Below are positions 48,780 through 59,282 of a stretch of DNA of 64,000 nucleotides, piece by piece. This DNA comes from Chamaesiphon sp. GTDB lineage: Bacteria > Cyanobacteriota > Cyanobacteriia > Cyanobacteriales > Chamaesiphonaceae. The notes under the pieces are model-generated. The model searched no databases. It was not told where the DNA came from and saw only the letters and a program-made list of their open reading frames with translations. Both the position numbers and the translations under genes were made by a program. The first letter of the stretch is position 1. The number at the start of each line of letters is the position of its first letter. The stretch is taken from the NCBI GenBank assembly GCA_965246715.1, contig CBDFFH010000047.1, forward strand, positions 96,001-160,000. Reading direction: 5' to 3'.

Positions 48780-48885
48780 CAAATTAATCCTGTGTAGTTG
48801 TGGATACCCCTCGCCCAACCCTTTCCTTCCAATATTTAGTTGGCATTGCGGCTGAGATTGAGGCGAGGGAGAAAGATTGCTAAAT

Positions 48886-49221
48886 TTATGTTCTAGCTGG
48901 TAACTGCTTTTCGATCGCAGTTACTAAAGTTTGCTTGGGCACCGCACCCAACACTGTATCGACTCGTTCGCCATGATTAAATACCATTAGCGTTGGAATG
49001 CTGCGAATACCATATTTTCCAGCAGTAGTAGGGTTATCGTCTGTGTTTAATTTAACGACCTTTACCTCGCCAGCATACTCTGCGGCTAGGGCATCGACAA
49101 CCGGAGTTACCATCCGACAAGGGCCGCACCAAGGTGCCCAAAAGTCTACAAGTACTGGGACATCGCTACTGAGGACTTCGGCTGTAAAGTTGGCATCGTT
49201 GACATGAATGATGTCTACCAT
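48886..49221 (-). CDS. trxA: Thioredoxin (m-type, TrxA2-like)
   Basis: [19 protein letters not shown]. Confidence 0.93.
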   Translation of the reverse strand: MVDIIHVNDANFTAEVLSSDVPVLVDFWAPWCGPCRMVTPVVDALAAEYAGEVKVVKLNTDDNPTTAGKYGIRSIPTLMVFNHGERVDTVLGAVPKQTLVTAIEKQLPART

Positions 49222-49248
49222 GAGTTAAACCGCCTATTTATTTCTAAA

Positions 49249-49265
49249 ATTCGATTATCTCGAAT
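49249..49265. promoter_or_regulatory. Operator-like palindrome ATTCG-N7-CGAAT between the divergent trxA and ArsR genes
   Basis: TTCTA-aa-ATTCG-attatct-CGAAT-aa-TAGAA. Confidence 0.55.
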
Positions 49266-49302
49266 AATAGAATTATATCGAATTTTATGGGATAATGCAA
49301 GT

Positions 49303-49635
49303 ATGCGATTAATTCAACATCCCAACCCCGAACAAATCTCGCTCTCAGATGTACTGTATGCATTGGGCGACCCCGTGCGACTAGAGATAGTCCGCCGACT
49401 GGCGATCGATGGCGAACGGCCCTGTGCTTGTCTGTGTGCGGGGGTAGACGCGAAAATTGCCAAGTCTACCATGTCTCACCACTTTCGGATTCTCCGCGCT
49501 GCTGGGGTAATTTTCACCCGCAAGGATGGAACTCAATTGCTCAATTCATTGCGGCGGGACGATTTAGAGCGGCTATTTCCAGGGTTATTAGATATTGTGG
49601 TAAATGCCACAGCTGCTGACGCTCCCGCTGGCTAG
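49303..49635 (+). CDS. ArsR/SmtB-family redox regulator, RexT-like
   Basis: HPNPEQISLSDVLYALGDPVRLEIVR, IAKSTMSHHFRILR, LRRDDLERLFPGLLD; divergent from trxA as for Anabaena rexT/trxA2. Confidence 0.85.
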   Translation: MRLIQHPNPEQISLSDVLYALGDPVRLEIVRRLAIDGERPCACLCAGVDAKIAKSTMSHHFRILRAAGVIFTRKDGTQLLNSLRRDDLERLFPGLLDIVVNATAADAPAG

Positions 49636-49671
49636 CCAAGGAACGAGTTATTAGCGCGAGTCTTGGGTAAT

Positions 49672-51042
49672 TTATTTGCCAATACAAAAGCGACTGAAGA
49701 TCCGATCGAGTACCGACTCGGTGACCTCTTCTCCTGTCACTTCCCCCAATGCCCGAATCGCGTCGCGTAGGTCGATCGTCCAGAAGTCGAGTGGCAATCG
49801 ATCGCGTATGGTGGTTAGCACCTGTTGTAGGGCAGTTTGGGCGTGGATAAGTGCCGCCGCTTGACGTTGATTGATGGCGATATCGATATTCGCCGCATGA
49901 AGTTTTCCGTCAGAGATCGATGCTAGGATCGCTGCTTCTAATCGATCGATCCCTAAATCGATGGCTGCGGCAGTTTCGACTACCGTACCAATCCCTGCTG
50001 GTAAATCTAGCTGGGGGGAGACGGTGACTAAATCGACTTTATTAACTACTACGATCGTCGGAATCGAACTAATTTCGGCATAAATTTCCGCCTCAGCAGT
50101 CGTCCAACCGATTTGAGCGTCGATCGTCAGCAAGATTAAATCGGCAGATTGCGCCGCCGCACGGGAACGCGCGACCCCGATTTGTTCCACCACATCACTG
50201 GTATCGCGAATTCCCGCTGTATCCAAAACCTGGATCGGAACTCCACCAACGATCAACTGTGATTCGACGACATCCCGCGTCGTCCCTGGCAGATCCGTCA
50301 CGATCGCCCGATCGCTCCGACTCCATGCATTCAGCAAGCTCGACTTCCCAACATTTGGCTGTCCGAGAATTGCCACCTTGAGACCGCTGCGCAGTAGCTC
50401 CCCCCGATCGGCTGTCGCCACAATCTGCCCGATTTGCCCTGCCAATGCCGTGATTTTTACGGTGACATCCCCTAGATCCAATGGTGGTAAATCCTCCTCA
50501 AAATCGATTCTCGCCTCGATCTCGGCGAGTAAATCTAAAGCTTGCGATCGCAATTGCCCGATCGGTTGGCGCAATTTACCTTGCAATCCCGCGATCGCCG
50601 TTTGGGCGGCGGCTGGAGATAGCGCACCAACTAGATCGCTGATACTTTCGGCCTGAGTCAGATCGATCCGTCCATTCAAAAATGCCCGGAGTGTAAATTC
50701 TCCAGGTTCGGCAACTTTTGCGCCGCACTCAACACATAGCTGAAGGATCTGTTGGACGAGGATAATCCCCCCGTGGCTGTGAATCTCGACCACATCCTCC
50801 CGGGTATACGAACGCGGCGATCGCATGATCAGTAACAATGCTTCATCGATCGTCGCATCTGTATGGGGATGCCGCACGTACCCGTATAAAATTCGATGAC
50901 TTTCCCACTCTTGCTTGCCAGGAGTCCGAAAAATCTGCCGGGCGATCGCGACTGCATCCACCCCCGATAGCCGTACGATCCCTACGCTTCCTTGCTGAGG
51001 GACAACAGCCGTCGCGATCGCTACAATAGTTCCAGTTTGCAT
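49672..51042 (-). CDS. mnmE: tRNA modification GTPase MnmE/TrmE
   Basis: [31 protein letters not shown]-terminal FSRFCIGK. Confidence 0.96.
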   Translation of the reverse strand: MQTGTIVAIATAVVPQQGSVGIVRLSGVDAVAIARQIFRTPGKQEWESHRILYGYVRHPHTDATIDEALLLIMRSPRSYTREDVVEIHSHGGIILVQQILQLCVECGAKVAEPGEFTLRAFLNGRIDLTQAESISDLVGALSPAAAQTAIAGLQGKLRQPIGQLRSQALDLLAEIEARIDFEEDLPPLDLGDVTVKITALAGQIGQIVATADRGELLRSGLKVAILGQPNVGKSSLLNAWSRSDRAIVTDLPGTTRDVVESQLIVGGVPIQVLDTAGIRDTSDVVEQIGVARSRAAAQSADLILLTIDAQIGWTTAEAEIYAEISSIPTIVVVNKVDLVTVSPQLDLPAGIGTVVETAAAIDLGIDRLEAAILASISDGKLHAANIDIAINQRQAAALIHAQTALQQVLTTIRDRLPLDFWTIDLRDAIRALGEVTGEEVTESVLDRIFSRFCIGK

Positions 51043-51156
51043 TAGTTCGTGGATAGTGACTAGTGACTAGTGACCAGTGACCAATAAACAGTAAAAATTA
51101 TCGAGTGTTGAGAAAATATGATGGATCGCCATCATCAGCCAACTCACTCTTAATTA

Positions 51157-51308
51157 ACCTAAGTTGCTACCTATAACCAAAGCGGTTAGAAACCGCTCCT
51201 CGGGTTGCAAAGTCCGCCTTCGCGGACTAATAAACCAGTCCGCGAAGGCGGACTTTGCATTATTAGCCACGATTTCAATCGTAGGCGCTCCTAAGTAGCA
51301 ACTTGGGT
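51157..51308. mobile_element. MITE-like element with ACCTAAGTTGCTA termini carrying the same REP doublet
   Basis: Termini ACCTAAGTTGCTAC / GTAGCAACTTGGGT; TSD TAATTA at 51151-51156 and 51309-51314. Confidence 0.8.
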
Positions 51309-51417
51309 TAATTACTAGTGACCAGCCACTAGTCACTAGTAACTAATATACTATCCACTAAAAGACTATCCACTATCCACTAAAATACTAAGCAAACAAT
51401 GCGTCTAGAGGTAACTG

Positions 51418-53004
51418 ATGGAATATTGGGAGTTTCTAATTCAGCGTGAGGGCGATCGTGGCTGGCGCTCGATTAAAACAGGTAATTTGCAACTGATGGA
51501 AGGTAATTACCGCATCGTTGCCAATAGTAACCTCCTCAACGCACCCGTACAGCTGCGCATCACTCACCAATTATTGGGTGCAACGCTACCACAACGCCGA
51601 TCGCTGGTACGCGATCGGGTAAGCAATGCAAAGGGTACGCTCTTGATTATCCCTTATACCCAATTGCATTCCGGCATTTGGCAATTTGTATGCACTGGCA
51701 CCACTACGGCCCAGACGACATGGCATAAAGTTCTCAAACTCAGAGTTTTACCGCGTTCGCCGCTCGATCGACAGCCTGGTTCGACTCGTACCGCTTCAGC
51801 TTCAGAACCAGATCTTGCCGTGTCGTCGATCGAGAGTCCCGATCTTACTCATGCCGCTCCAGTAAAAGTTGTGACGTTCTCTAGCGTTGAAGAGATCGAA
51901 GCTGTGCCGACACCGACGCAGCCAGTAGTTGCTGGTGCCATAGACGAAGTGCCGGAAACTTGGGCGGAGGGATTAGAGCGATTGTTAGCGCAAATCGAGC
52001 GCGAATCATTACAGCCGCAACAACAACTTGTCACGAGTGCTAGATCTGGGGTTGGCGAAGCCACTGTGGTAGCGGCGGCTAAGAAAACAACTACTTGGGA
52101 TGACGATCCCATTCAGCTCATGGAAATCGATCCACCACCTTCACAACCGATCGAATTAGATCGTACGATCTTTGCTGGCACGCTTCTCGGCGATCGGTTG
52201 GCGATTAGTGGTGCTTGCAATTTACAATTACTCAGTCCCAATCTCGCCCGCGCAGTCAAGATCGATCGATTGTCGATCTGTTTGCGCCATCCCCAAACTT
52301 CCGAACAGATCGTGGCGATCGAACGCGCTTTACCAGCAGATCTGAGCGCTTTTACCTTTAGCGGTCGAGTAGATTTACCGAGCGAGCTAGGAATTACCCT
52401 CTTACGTGGCGAAGTCAATCTTTACGATCGGCATAATATTCAACTGGGATCGAGGAGCTTTACTGTTACAGTCGATCTCAATCCGATCGCGGAGTCAGAT
52501 CGCTCTCTATTATCCTTGTTCGATACGTCACCGATTACCGGAGCGGCGCATTCTAGAAGTTTTCCCGAAAATCTGCGCGCTCGACTCGATCGCGAGTTGC
52601 AAATGGAAACATTTACGCCCCAAGGAGCGGGTACAGATCTTCGCGAGTCCCATACTAATCCGCCAACTCACATTCCACCCTTAACTCCCAGCCAATATCC
52701 TGCTGTGCCGCTGGCATACAAGCGGGAACCGAGCTTTAAACCACAACCGGAAATCGTTGCTGATGGTGATAAAGCTGGTGTGTCAAGGCAACCGCTAAGC
52801 GTTGGCGAAGCCTTGCCTGTGGCATTACGAACCGAAAATAGCCGAAATCCAGCTACTTCAAGACCTGCCGAGCTTCAGAATGCCAATCGTCCGGTAGTCG
52901 CTGATGTAACTGGCGATCTGGAGATCGGTTTTGTCCAGCCTACCGTCGATGGTTCCGATCGTGTGCAAGATTACGATACTTGGGAAATCGTCATCGATGA
53001 TTAG
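51418..53004 (+). CDS. Conserved hypothetical cyanobacterial protein
   Basis: 528-aa ORF with MEYWEFLIQREGDRGW N-terminus and low-complexity linkers. Confidence 0.7.
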   Translation: MEYWEFLIQREGDRGWRSIKTGNLQLMEGNYRIVANSNLLNAPVQLRITHQLLGATLPQRRSLVRDRVSNAKGTLLIIPYTQLHSGIWQFVCTGTTTAQTTWHKVLKLRVLPRSPLDRQPGSTRTASASEPDLAVSSIESPDLTHAAPVKVVTFSSVEEIEAVPTPTQPVVAGAIDEVPETWAEGLERLLAQIERESLQPQQQLVTSARSGVGEATVVAAAKKTTTWDDDPIQLMEIDPPPSQPIELDRTIFAGTLLGDRLAISGACNLQLLSPNLARAVKIDRLSICLRHPQTSEQIVAIERALPADLSAFTFSGRVDLPSELGITLLRGEVNLYDRHNIQLGSRSFTVTVDLNPIAESDRSLLSLFDTSPITGAAHSRSFPENLRARLDRELQMETFTPQGAGTDLRESHTNPPTHIPPLTPSQYPAVPLAYKREPSFKPQPEIVADGDKAGVSRQPLSVGEALPVALRTENSRNPATSRPAELQNANRPVVADVTGDLEIGFVQPTVDGSDRVQDYDTWEIVIDD

Positions 53005-53032
53005 CTATTCCCAGCCAGCTTCTTTTCGACAC

Positions 53033-53184
53033 TGCTGTGGGGTTGGAAACCCCCGCTAGCGATCCAAAGTCCGCCTATGCGGACTGATTATTTAGTCCGC
53101 GTAGGCGGACTTTGTACTACTAGCACCGATTTCAATCGAGTGCGGTGCTAGAGCGGAGCCAATAGCCTTAACCCGAACTCACGC
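53033..53184. repeat. Partial MITE copy (one ACGTGAG-type end plus a REP doublet)
   Basis: AAAGTCCGCCTATGCGGACT..AGTCCGCGTAGGCGGACTTT..CCTTAACCCGAACTCACGC. Confidence 0.7.
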
Positions 53185-53290
53185 TAGCTTAAGTTTTATA
53201 AATTTTTATCAAATTTTTGTGAGCCTTTTTAGCTGACTAATTCAGGTAAAATCGGGAGTACGATCCAAATATACATAAGGATTTTTAATC

Positions 53291-53398
53291 ATGGCAGCTT
53301 CTTTCTTACCTTCCATTCTCGTCCCTACTGTTGGCTTAGTATTTCCAGCGGTAGCGATGGCATTTTTATTCTTGTATATCGAACGCGATGCGATCTAG
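53291..53398 (+). CDS. psaI: Photosystem I subunit VIII
   Basis: Manual translation [35 protein letters not shown]. Confidence 0.93.
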   Translation: MAASFLPSILVPTVGLVFPAVAMAFLFLYIERDAI

Positions 53399-53476
53399 TA
53401 ATTTAGGTTACTGCTCATTGCTGACGTAATAATTACCGAAATCGGGAATCGCCAGCGCGAGTACCGATTTCCTAGC

Positions 53477-53508
53477 AAAAAGCCGGACGTGCGAACGTCC
53501 GGCTTTTT
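53477..53508. terminator. Bidirectional intrinsic terminator between psaI and psbJ
   Basis: AAAAAGCCGGACGT-GCGA-ACGTCCGGCTTTTT. Confidence 0.85.
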
Positions 53509-53560
53509 ATTCGATCGGCGGTAATAGGTCGCTGAATGCTGTCTGTTCCCGCCATCTCAA

Positions 53561-53680
53561 TTACATCGAAGAGCCAATTCCGGCATAAGAGCCATAGAAG
53601 AATAAGCTAATAACGACGATTACACCCATACCAGCAACAGTTGCTACCAGCCACAAGGGAATTCTTCCTGGTTCAGACAC
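53561..53680 (-). CDS. psbJ: Photosystem II subunit J
   Basis: GTG start; [39 protein letters not shown]. Confidence 0.95.
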   Translation of the reverse strand: MSEPGRIPLWLVATVAGMGVIVVISLFFYGSYAGIGSSM

Positions 53681-53727
53681 GATCTTTTCCTCCTTAAATA
53701 TCCCAACAATAGCGCAAATCGATCGAA

Positions 53728-53847
53728 TTAGTTAAAGAAATAACTAGTAAACAAAATTCCAGTAGTAAATACTAGTAACAGCCCTAAAAATAGCGAACCC
53801 CGGTTGAGTTCTACAGGCTGATTATTTGGATTTGGAGTGCGTTCCAT
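53728..53847 (-). CDS. psbL: Photosystem II subunit L
   Basis: [39 protein letters not shown]. Confidence 0.94.
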   Translation of the reverse strand: MERTPNPNNQPVELNRGSLFLGLLLVFTTGILFTSYFFN

Positions 53848-53863
53848 AGTTTGATTTTAAATC

Positions 53864-53998
53864 CTATCTTTGAATGAATTGCATGGCTGCGATCGCGCCA
53901 ATGAAAAATACAGTTGGTACACCCAAAGTGTGAACTGCCAACCATCTGACTGTGAAAATGGGATATGAAATGGGCTGATTTCCGCCGCCGCTAGTCAT
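53864..53998 (-). CDS. psbF: Cytochrome b559 beta subunit
   Basis: [44 protein letters not shown]. Confidence 0.96.
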   Translation of the reverse strand: MTSGGGNQPISYPIFTVRWLAVHTLGVPTVFFIGAIAAMQFIQR

Positions 53999-54137
53999 GG
54001 ATTTTGCTCCTAACACTAAAGTTGATTTAAAGTTTATATTTATTTGTGACTGACCGATTGTTAAATTTTGCTAATTAAATAATAGCGAAGCAATAACATT
54101 AAGCCAGAACTGGCGATAAACTTACCAATAAATATAA

Positions 54138-54392
54138 CTATTTCTTTTGAACAAATTTATCGAGTTGGTCTTTTGATTCAAAGCGATCGGAGACGATCGG
54201 TAGTTCTTGACGAGTCTGGGTAAAGTACTCATCAGGACGAGGTGTACCAAAAGTATCGTAAGCCAAGCCAGTGCTCACAAACAACCAGCCAGCGATAAAC
54301 AATGCTGGAATCGTGAGGCTGTGAATGATCCAGTAGCGAATACTGGTCACAATGTCAGAAAATGGACGTTCTCCGGTTGAGCCGCCTGCCAT
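54138..54392 (-). CDS. psbE: Cytochrome b559 alpha subunit
   Basis: [38 protein letters not shown]. Confidence 0.97.
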   Translation of the reverse strand: MAGGSTGERPFSDIVTSIRYWIIHSLTIPALFIAGWLFVSTGLAYDTFGTPRPDEYFTQTRQELPIVSDRFESKDQLDKFVQKK

Positions 54393-54509
54393 ATCGATCG
54401 CTCCTTAATATTAAATATCCTTACTCGAATCCAGTTTATCTCATTATCTTGAAGAAATGTGATGGGTAGATGAGAGAAATTTTAGGAATTAGTTACTAGC
54501 CACTAATTC

Positions 54510-55511
54510 CTAAGCACTAGCCGCTGGCTGATACTTAAGAATGATCCCCCGCTGACCGATGATAAAACCGCGATCGGGTGCGAAGAACAAAATCTTGTAT
54601 AAGTTCGATGGTACAGTTTCGACATTCTCATCCTTGAGCCAGGTTTTACCAGCATCGTTGCTCACGAGTAAATCGCCACTCCCGCCAGATACCCAAACTT
54701 CTCCAGGCGTGCGGTAGGCAAGATCGAGTAAGCCGAGATTAGTTTTTTGGCCGGGGAATACTTCTTCATCCCAAGTGTCAGGTTTATCGGGACTGCTAAA
54801 TTGCAGTTGTCCGCCCCGTGCGAGCATCCACAGCCGACCGTCGTTGGCAAAGCCCATACTCGAAACTCGGCGCGAACTGTTCCGATTGTGTGGTTCCCAG
54901 GTATCTTGTCCAGGTGCCCAAGTAGAATAGAAATTACCTTTGGCAGATACCGCGACGTATTTCCCTTCTGGCGATCGCGCGATCGTCCGAAAGACACCGA
55001 CGGCTCCACTGACTAGCGATTTCCAGTTTTTACCAAGATCTTGGGTAGCATAAATTGCCCCGATATCGGTAGTCATTTCCGCAGAATTTTTACCCAAAGC
55101 CACGATCGTTGTTGGGGTGCCAGGTAATTTAGCACTGAGGGCAATCCGTTCCCAAGATTTACCAGCATCATTAGTATGCAGCAAAATCGAAGGCTCGCCC
55201 ACGATCCAGCCTTCATCACCTTTAAAACTAATTGAAGTAAAGCGATATTTATCGCTATCTAATTCGAGTTTGCGATTTTCCCAAGTTTTGCCACCATCGC
55301 TAGTTTCCAATAATGCCGCACCACTGCCGATCGCCCAACCATGTCGAGCATCTCCAGTAAAGGTCAGATCTTGGATATTCGATTCGGTGGGTAGCTGAAT
55401 CGGTTGCCAGGGGCTATTAGCTAACGGGGTGATATGGCTACAACTGACACAGAATATCCCGATCGCGACGAGGGTGAAAGTTTGTCTGAGAATTCGTTTG
55501 AGCAGATTCAT
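54510..55511 (-). CDS. ycf48: Photosystem II assembly factor Ycf48/HCF136
   Basis: BNR repeats (TSDGGKTW, TNDAGKSW), RNSSRRV, lipoprotein-like N-terminus; upstream of psbE. Confidence 0.93.
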   Translation of the reverse strand: MNLLKRILRQTFTLVAIGIFCVSCSHITPLANSPWQPIQLPTESNIQDLTFTGDARHGWAIGSGAALLETSDGGKTWENRKLELDSDKYRFTSISFKGDEGWIVGEPSILLHTNDAGKSWERIALSAKLPGTPTTIVALGKNSAEMTTDIGAIYATQDLGKNWKSLVSGAVGVFRTIARSPEGKYVAVSAKGNFYSTWAPGQDTWEPHNRNSSRRVSSMGFANDGRLWMLARGGQLQFSSPDKPDTWDEEVFPGQKTNLGLLDLAYRTPGEVWVSGGSGDLLVSNDAGKTWLKDENVETVPSNLYKILFFAPDRGFIIGQRGIILKYQPAASA

Positions 55512-55531
55512 TGGTCGGGATGATATTTAGT

Positions 55532-55927
55532 TTAATTTAATGTATATAAGCTAATCAGTATTAAAGCTCCGATTCCCAGGGAACCAAAAATTAATAAGCT
55601 TTTTTGTTCGGCAGTCATGGTGTTGACCCCAAATCCATAACCCTGGTTTTCTTTAAACCCAGAAGCCTTGCCCAATGTCCCGATATTTGTAAAGGCAACT
55701 TTTTTGGCACCACAAGTCGGACATTTCCAGGTAGCAGGTAATACTGTAAAAGGTGTACCAGCAATGATGCCGTTTTTTGGATCGCCTTTATTGGGGTTAT
55801 AGACATAACCACATGCGCGACACTCAAATTGGTCGTCATCCGCTATCTCTACCTGGTTTGGCTTTTTATCCTCAGTCGGTGCCAGATCTGCTGGACTACT
55901 GGGACGATCTTGCTCTAGATCGCTCAT
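55532..55927 (-). CDS. rubA: Membrane-anchored rubredoxin RubA
   Basis: FECRACGYVY..WKCPTCG and C-terminal TM helix; rubA-ycf48-psbEFLJ synteny. Confidence 0.93.
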   Translation of the reverse strand: MSDLEQDRPSSPADLAPTEDKKPNQVEIADDDQFECRACGYVYNPNKGDPKNGIIAGTPFTVLPATWKCPTCGAKKVAFTNIGTLGKASGFKENQGYGFGVNTMTAEQKSLLIFGSLGIGALILISLYTLN

Positions 55928-56176
55928 AATGTGATTTTAATATTGACTGATTATTAACATACTGTTACAAATTTTGGCATATTATGTCGAAGTTTGGTAC
56001 TGGATTTAGTGAATAGTGGACAGTGAATAGTGGCGATCGATTTTTGGTTGACTCCATTTCCAGCACTGCCGCTACTTCAATCCGTTGGCGAAGCCTCTCG
56101 GAGCGATAATCGCTCTTCTAGGGAGAGCCGACTATCTACTATTCACTGCTCACTGTTCACTGTTCACTGGATTCCC

Positions 56177-57250
56177 ATGTCTATCAAAAAACAACTCTCG
56201 ATCGGTCTCCTCATCTTCGTACCCATCTCGATTGCTGCTAAATATTTACAGTGGGGGGATCTAGCTGTTTTTATTACCTCAGCGCTAGCGATCGTGCCTT
56301 TGGCGATATGGTTGAGTACCGCAACAGAAGAAGTAGCTGTCGTGACAGGATCGGCGGTCGGCGGGCTGTTAAATGCCGTGTTTGGCAATGCCACCGAATT
56401 AATCATCGGCTTGGTAGCACTCAAAGCTGGCTTGATCGATATTGTCAAGGCGAGTATCACTGGCACGATTATCAGCAACCTCCTCTTGGCGATGGGGCTG
56501 TCGATGTTTTTGGGCGGATTGAAGTATAAAGAACAAGAATTCAAACCGATCGTGGCGCAAGTGAGCGGTTCTTCGATGACCTTAGCGGTAATTGCGATTT
56601 TATTACCGACGATGGCTTTTTATGCAGCGAATAAATCTGATGCATTTGCGATCGAAAAACTCTCGATCGCGGTCGCTATCATCTTAATTATCGTCTATGC
56701 CTTGACCTTGCTATTTTCGCTCAAGACGCACAGTTATCTATACGATGTCAGTTTGGTAGATTTAGAAGTCGAAACCACCCGCCACCGACCGGATTTGCGC
56801 CTGTGGTTATCGATTTTGGTCGTGTCTACCCTGGCAGTTGCCTATGAGTCAGAAATGTTTGTTAGTGTGGTGGAGTCAGCAACCAAAGGACTTGGTTTGA
56901 CTCCACTCTTTACCGGAGTCATTTTATTACCGCTTGTCGGTGGCGCGGCAGAATATGTCACAGCAGTAGGGGTAGCGATGAAAAATAACATGGATCTTTC
57001 TGTCTCGGTAGCGATGGGTTCGAGCTTGCTCGTCGCGCTACTCATGGCACCCCTACTAGTTTTGGTGGGATACGCGATCGGTCAACCGATGGATCTCAAT
57101 TTCAATCCCTTTGAAATCGTTGCAGTAGCAGTATCGGTCATCGTTGCTAATTTAATCAGCTTGGACGGTCGATCGAATTGGCTCGAAGGGGCATTATTAC
57201 TGGCAACTTATCTGATCTTAGGTGCGGCTTTCTACTTTCTCCCGATCTAA
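56177..57250 (+). CDS. Ca2+/H+ antiporter (CAX family)
   Basis: GLLNAVFGNATE, GTIISNLLL, GGAAEY, MDLSVSVAMGSS, SNWLEG. Confidence 0.92.
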   Translation: MSIKKQLSIGLLIFVPISIAAKYLQWGDLAVFITSALAIVPLAIWLSTATEEVAVVTGSAVGGLLNAVFGNATELIIGLVALKAGLIDIVKASITGTIISNLLLAMGLSMFLGGLKYKEQEFKPIVAQVSGSSMTLAVIAILLPTMAFYAANKSDAFAIEKLSIAVAIILIIVYALTLLFSLKTHSYLYDVSLVDLEVETTRHRPDLRLWLSILVVSTLAVAYESEMFVSVVESATKGLGLTPLFTGVILLPLVGGAAEYVTAVGVAMKNNMDLSVSVAMGSSLLVALLMAPLLVLVGYAIGQPMDLNFNPFEIVAVAVSVIVANLISLDGRSNWLEGALLLATYLILGAAFYFLPI

Positions 57251-58156
57251 ACTGATTCGATCCTTACTACCAATTTTTTAATTACCTGCACATTTTGATT
57301 TACATAGATGGAAAGAGTCATGCGTGCTACTCAAATCGTGTGCTCAGCTCCACTTCTGTCGGCGGTGTGTCGTCTCTAAGTATTAACGATAATTTGTTCC
57401 AAATAGCCGCTACATCTCGATTATGTCTTCAAACCTTGAGGGTTTTTAGCGCAGGAATTAGCATAGTAGCATTAAGGAAAAATGAATAGATTCGCTCGAG
57501 CTAGGGATTGTAGATATTTAAAATCGATTGAAATAAAAAGCTTTGTAAATTATCGATCGACCGTTACTGAGTAAAAATCGATACAAATAAAACTGTTGGT
57601 TGCGATCTGTAAACCCATTTTTGCTTTTTGCTTCAATCTGACTTTTATTAATATTTTCAGCCAAAAGTTTCAATACTTTAAAGTAAACTGCTGTAAATAT
57701 CATATCAATACGCCATTTTGCTGAATTTAATTCGACCGAGAATTTAAAGATTTAAAATTTTCTTACTTAACTATTGAAGTCGATATGTTTTAAATTTTTG
57801 CTAACCGAATCTATCCGGCATAGTCGATCGAATTTGAATATCGCAACCTAAGTAAGTACGCTATTATGCTTAACTTAAATTTGATGTTTCGGTATACATG
57901 TACAGGTTCACAATGATTTATGACTTGGTGTTATTGAACAACAAGTCATTTTACTGAATCCAAAGTTGGTTAAAACTGATATCCTGTAATAAATTTCTTG
58001 CAGGCATACTTACACTAAGCAAAAACTACGATAGCCAAAGTTTAAATCGTTGTAAAAAGTAACTGTGTCTACCTATTTATTATCTATCAGCACCTTAGCT
58101 GTTGAGCTTCACACCACTCTGTTGGTTTCAGAATCCACTAAATTTTTCTTGATCTT

Positions 58157-59096
58157 ATGACTAATTTGTCAAACCATCCCAAATCTTCTGTCGTATTGTC
58201 AAAGTATTTTAGCAACCTCTCGACAAAAGCTGTGGGGTTTGCAGTTACTTCTATTTCCTTTTGTTTGCTAGGTGCCACACCATCCCAAGCAATTAATTTG
58301 TATGGTAACTCAGCATCTTTTGGCAATAACCCAATCTCTATTATCGATACTAACACTGGTCAAGAAAATACCAGATATATTGGACAGCCATCTGGAAATG
58401 GGAGAGGTGTAGTTACTATTGGTAATACTATTTATTATACGGTAACTAACGACTCTAAAAATATACAAAAAAGATCTCGCTACTGGGAATAACCTTGGTT
58501 TTATCCAAACTAGTAATACTAGTATGGCAACACTGGCTTGGGACGGTAACAATTTCTGGACGGCAGATTATTCAGGAACCAACCGAGCTTTTCAGATCGA
58601 TATCAATGGTAACAACATCAAGACCATTACCTTGGCTAATGCTTCGAGATATATGGATGGTCTTGAATACTACAATGGCAAGTTAATTGGAAATCGTGAA
58701 GATGGCGGTGGTATCTATGATGTTTACGATCTTAACGGTAACGTTTTACAAGCAGCTTTTCTGACTAATACCTCAGCTCGAAATCGAGTTGGACTCTATT
58801 CGACGGGTATTGCTTACGATGGAAAGGATTTCTATGTGTCAAATCTCAATGAATCTTCTGTTGGGATTTTTGACGGGACAACTGGTGCGTTTAAGTCAAC
58901 TTTAGCTTTGACACCTAAAGTCGCTGGCAATAGCTTCCTGATTGAAGATCTTTCTTTTGATTATGCTGCTCGTCAGGATACAGGTGGTGGAAGCAGCACA
59001 GCAGTTCCCGAACCTTTCACGATCGTCGGTACGATGATTGGTGGTACAGCCGCACTACGGATGAGAAAAAGACTCAAAGTTACTAACAAACTGTAG
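58157..59096 (+). pseudogene. PEP-CTERM surface protein split by a +1 frameshift (about 312 aa if repaired)
   Basis: ORF 58157-58492 (signal-like N-terminus) and ORF 58524-59096 (VPEPFTIVGTMIGGTAALRMRKRLK) join in frame when one A is removed from the A5 (58457-61) or A6 (58467-72) run. Confidence 0.8.
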
Positions 59097-59122
59097 ATTC
59101 AAATAATTTATTAACTCGATCG

Positions 59123-59159
59123 AGTGCCAGATAGACATTAGTTTATCTGGCACTTTTTT
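59123..59159 (+). terminator. Intrinsic terminator after the PEP-CTERM gene
   Basis: AGTGCCAGATAGAC-atta-GTTTATCTGGCACT-TTTTT. Confidence 0.8.
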
Positions 59160-59183
59160 ATTGGTTCGATCGAGCTAACTAAT

Positions 59184-59259
59184 TTATATTCCCGATGCAG
59201 TTAAAGATCGATCGAGCAGCTTAGAGATATTAATTACCAATAAAATTGTGTCTTAGAGC
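59184..59259 (-). pseudogene. Internally deleted relic of a copy of the 59925-60671 gene
   Basis: 59184-59216 matches 59925-59957 (29/33). 59210-59235 is identical to 60443-60468. The segments are joined at GATCGAG. Confidence 0.75.
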
Positions 59260-59282
59260 GTATTTCAATCTGACCTATCATC

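Noticed and set aside
57295..57703. Small ORFs in the AT-rich gap
   Set aside because: No motifs or RBS, weak starts; likely spurious.
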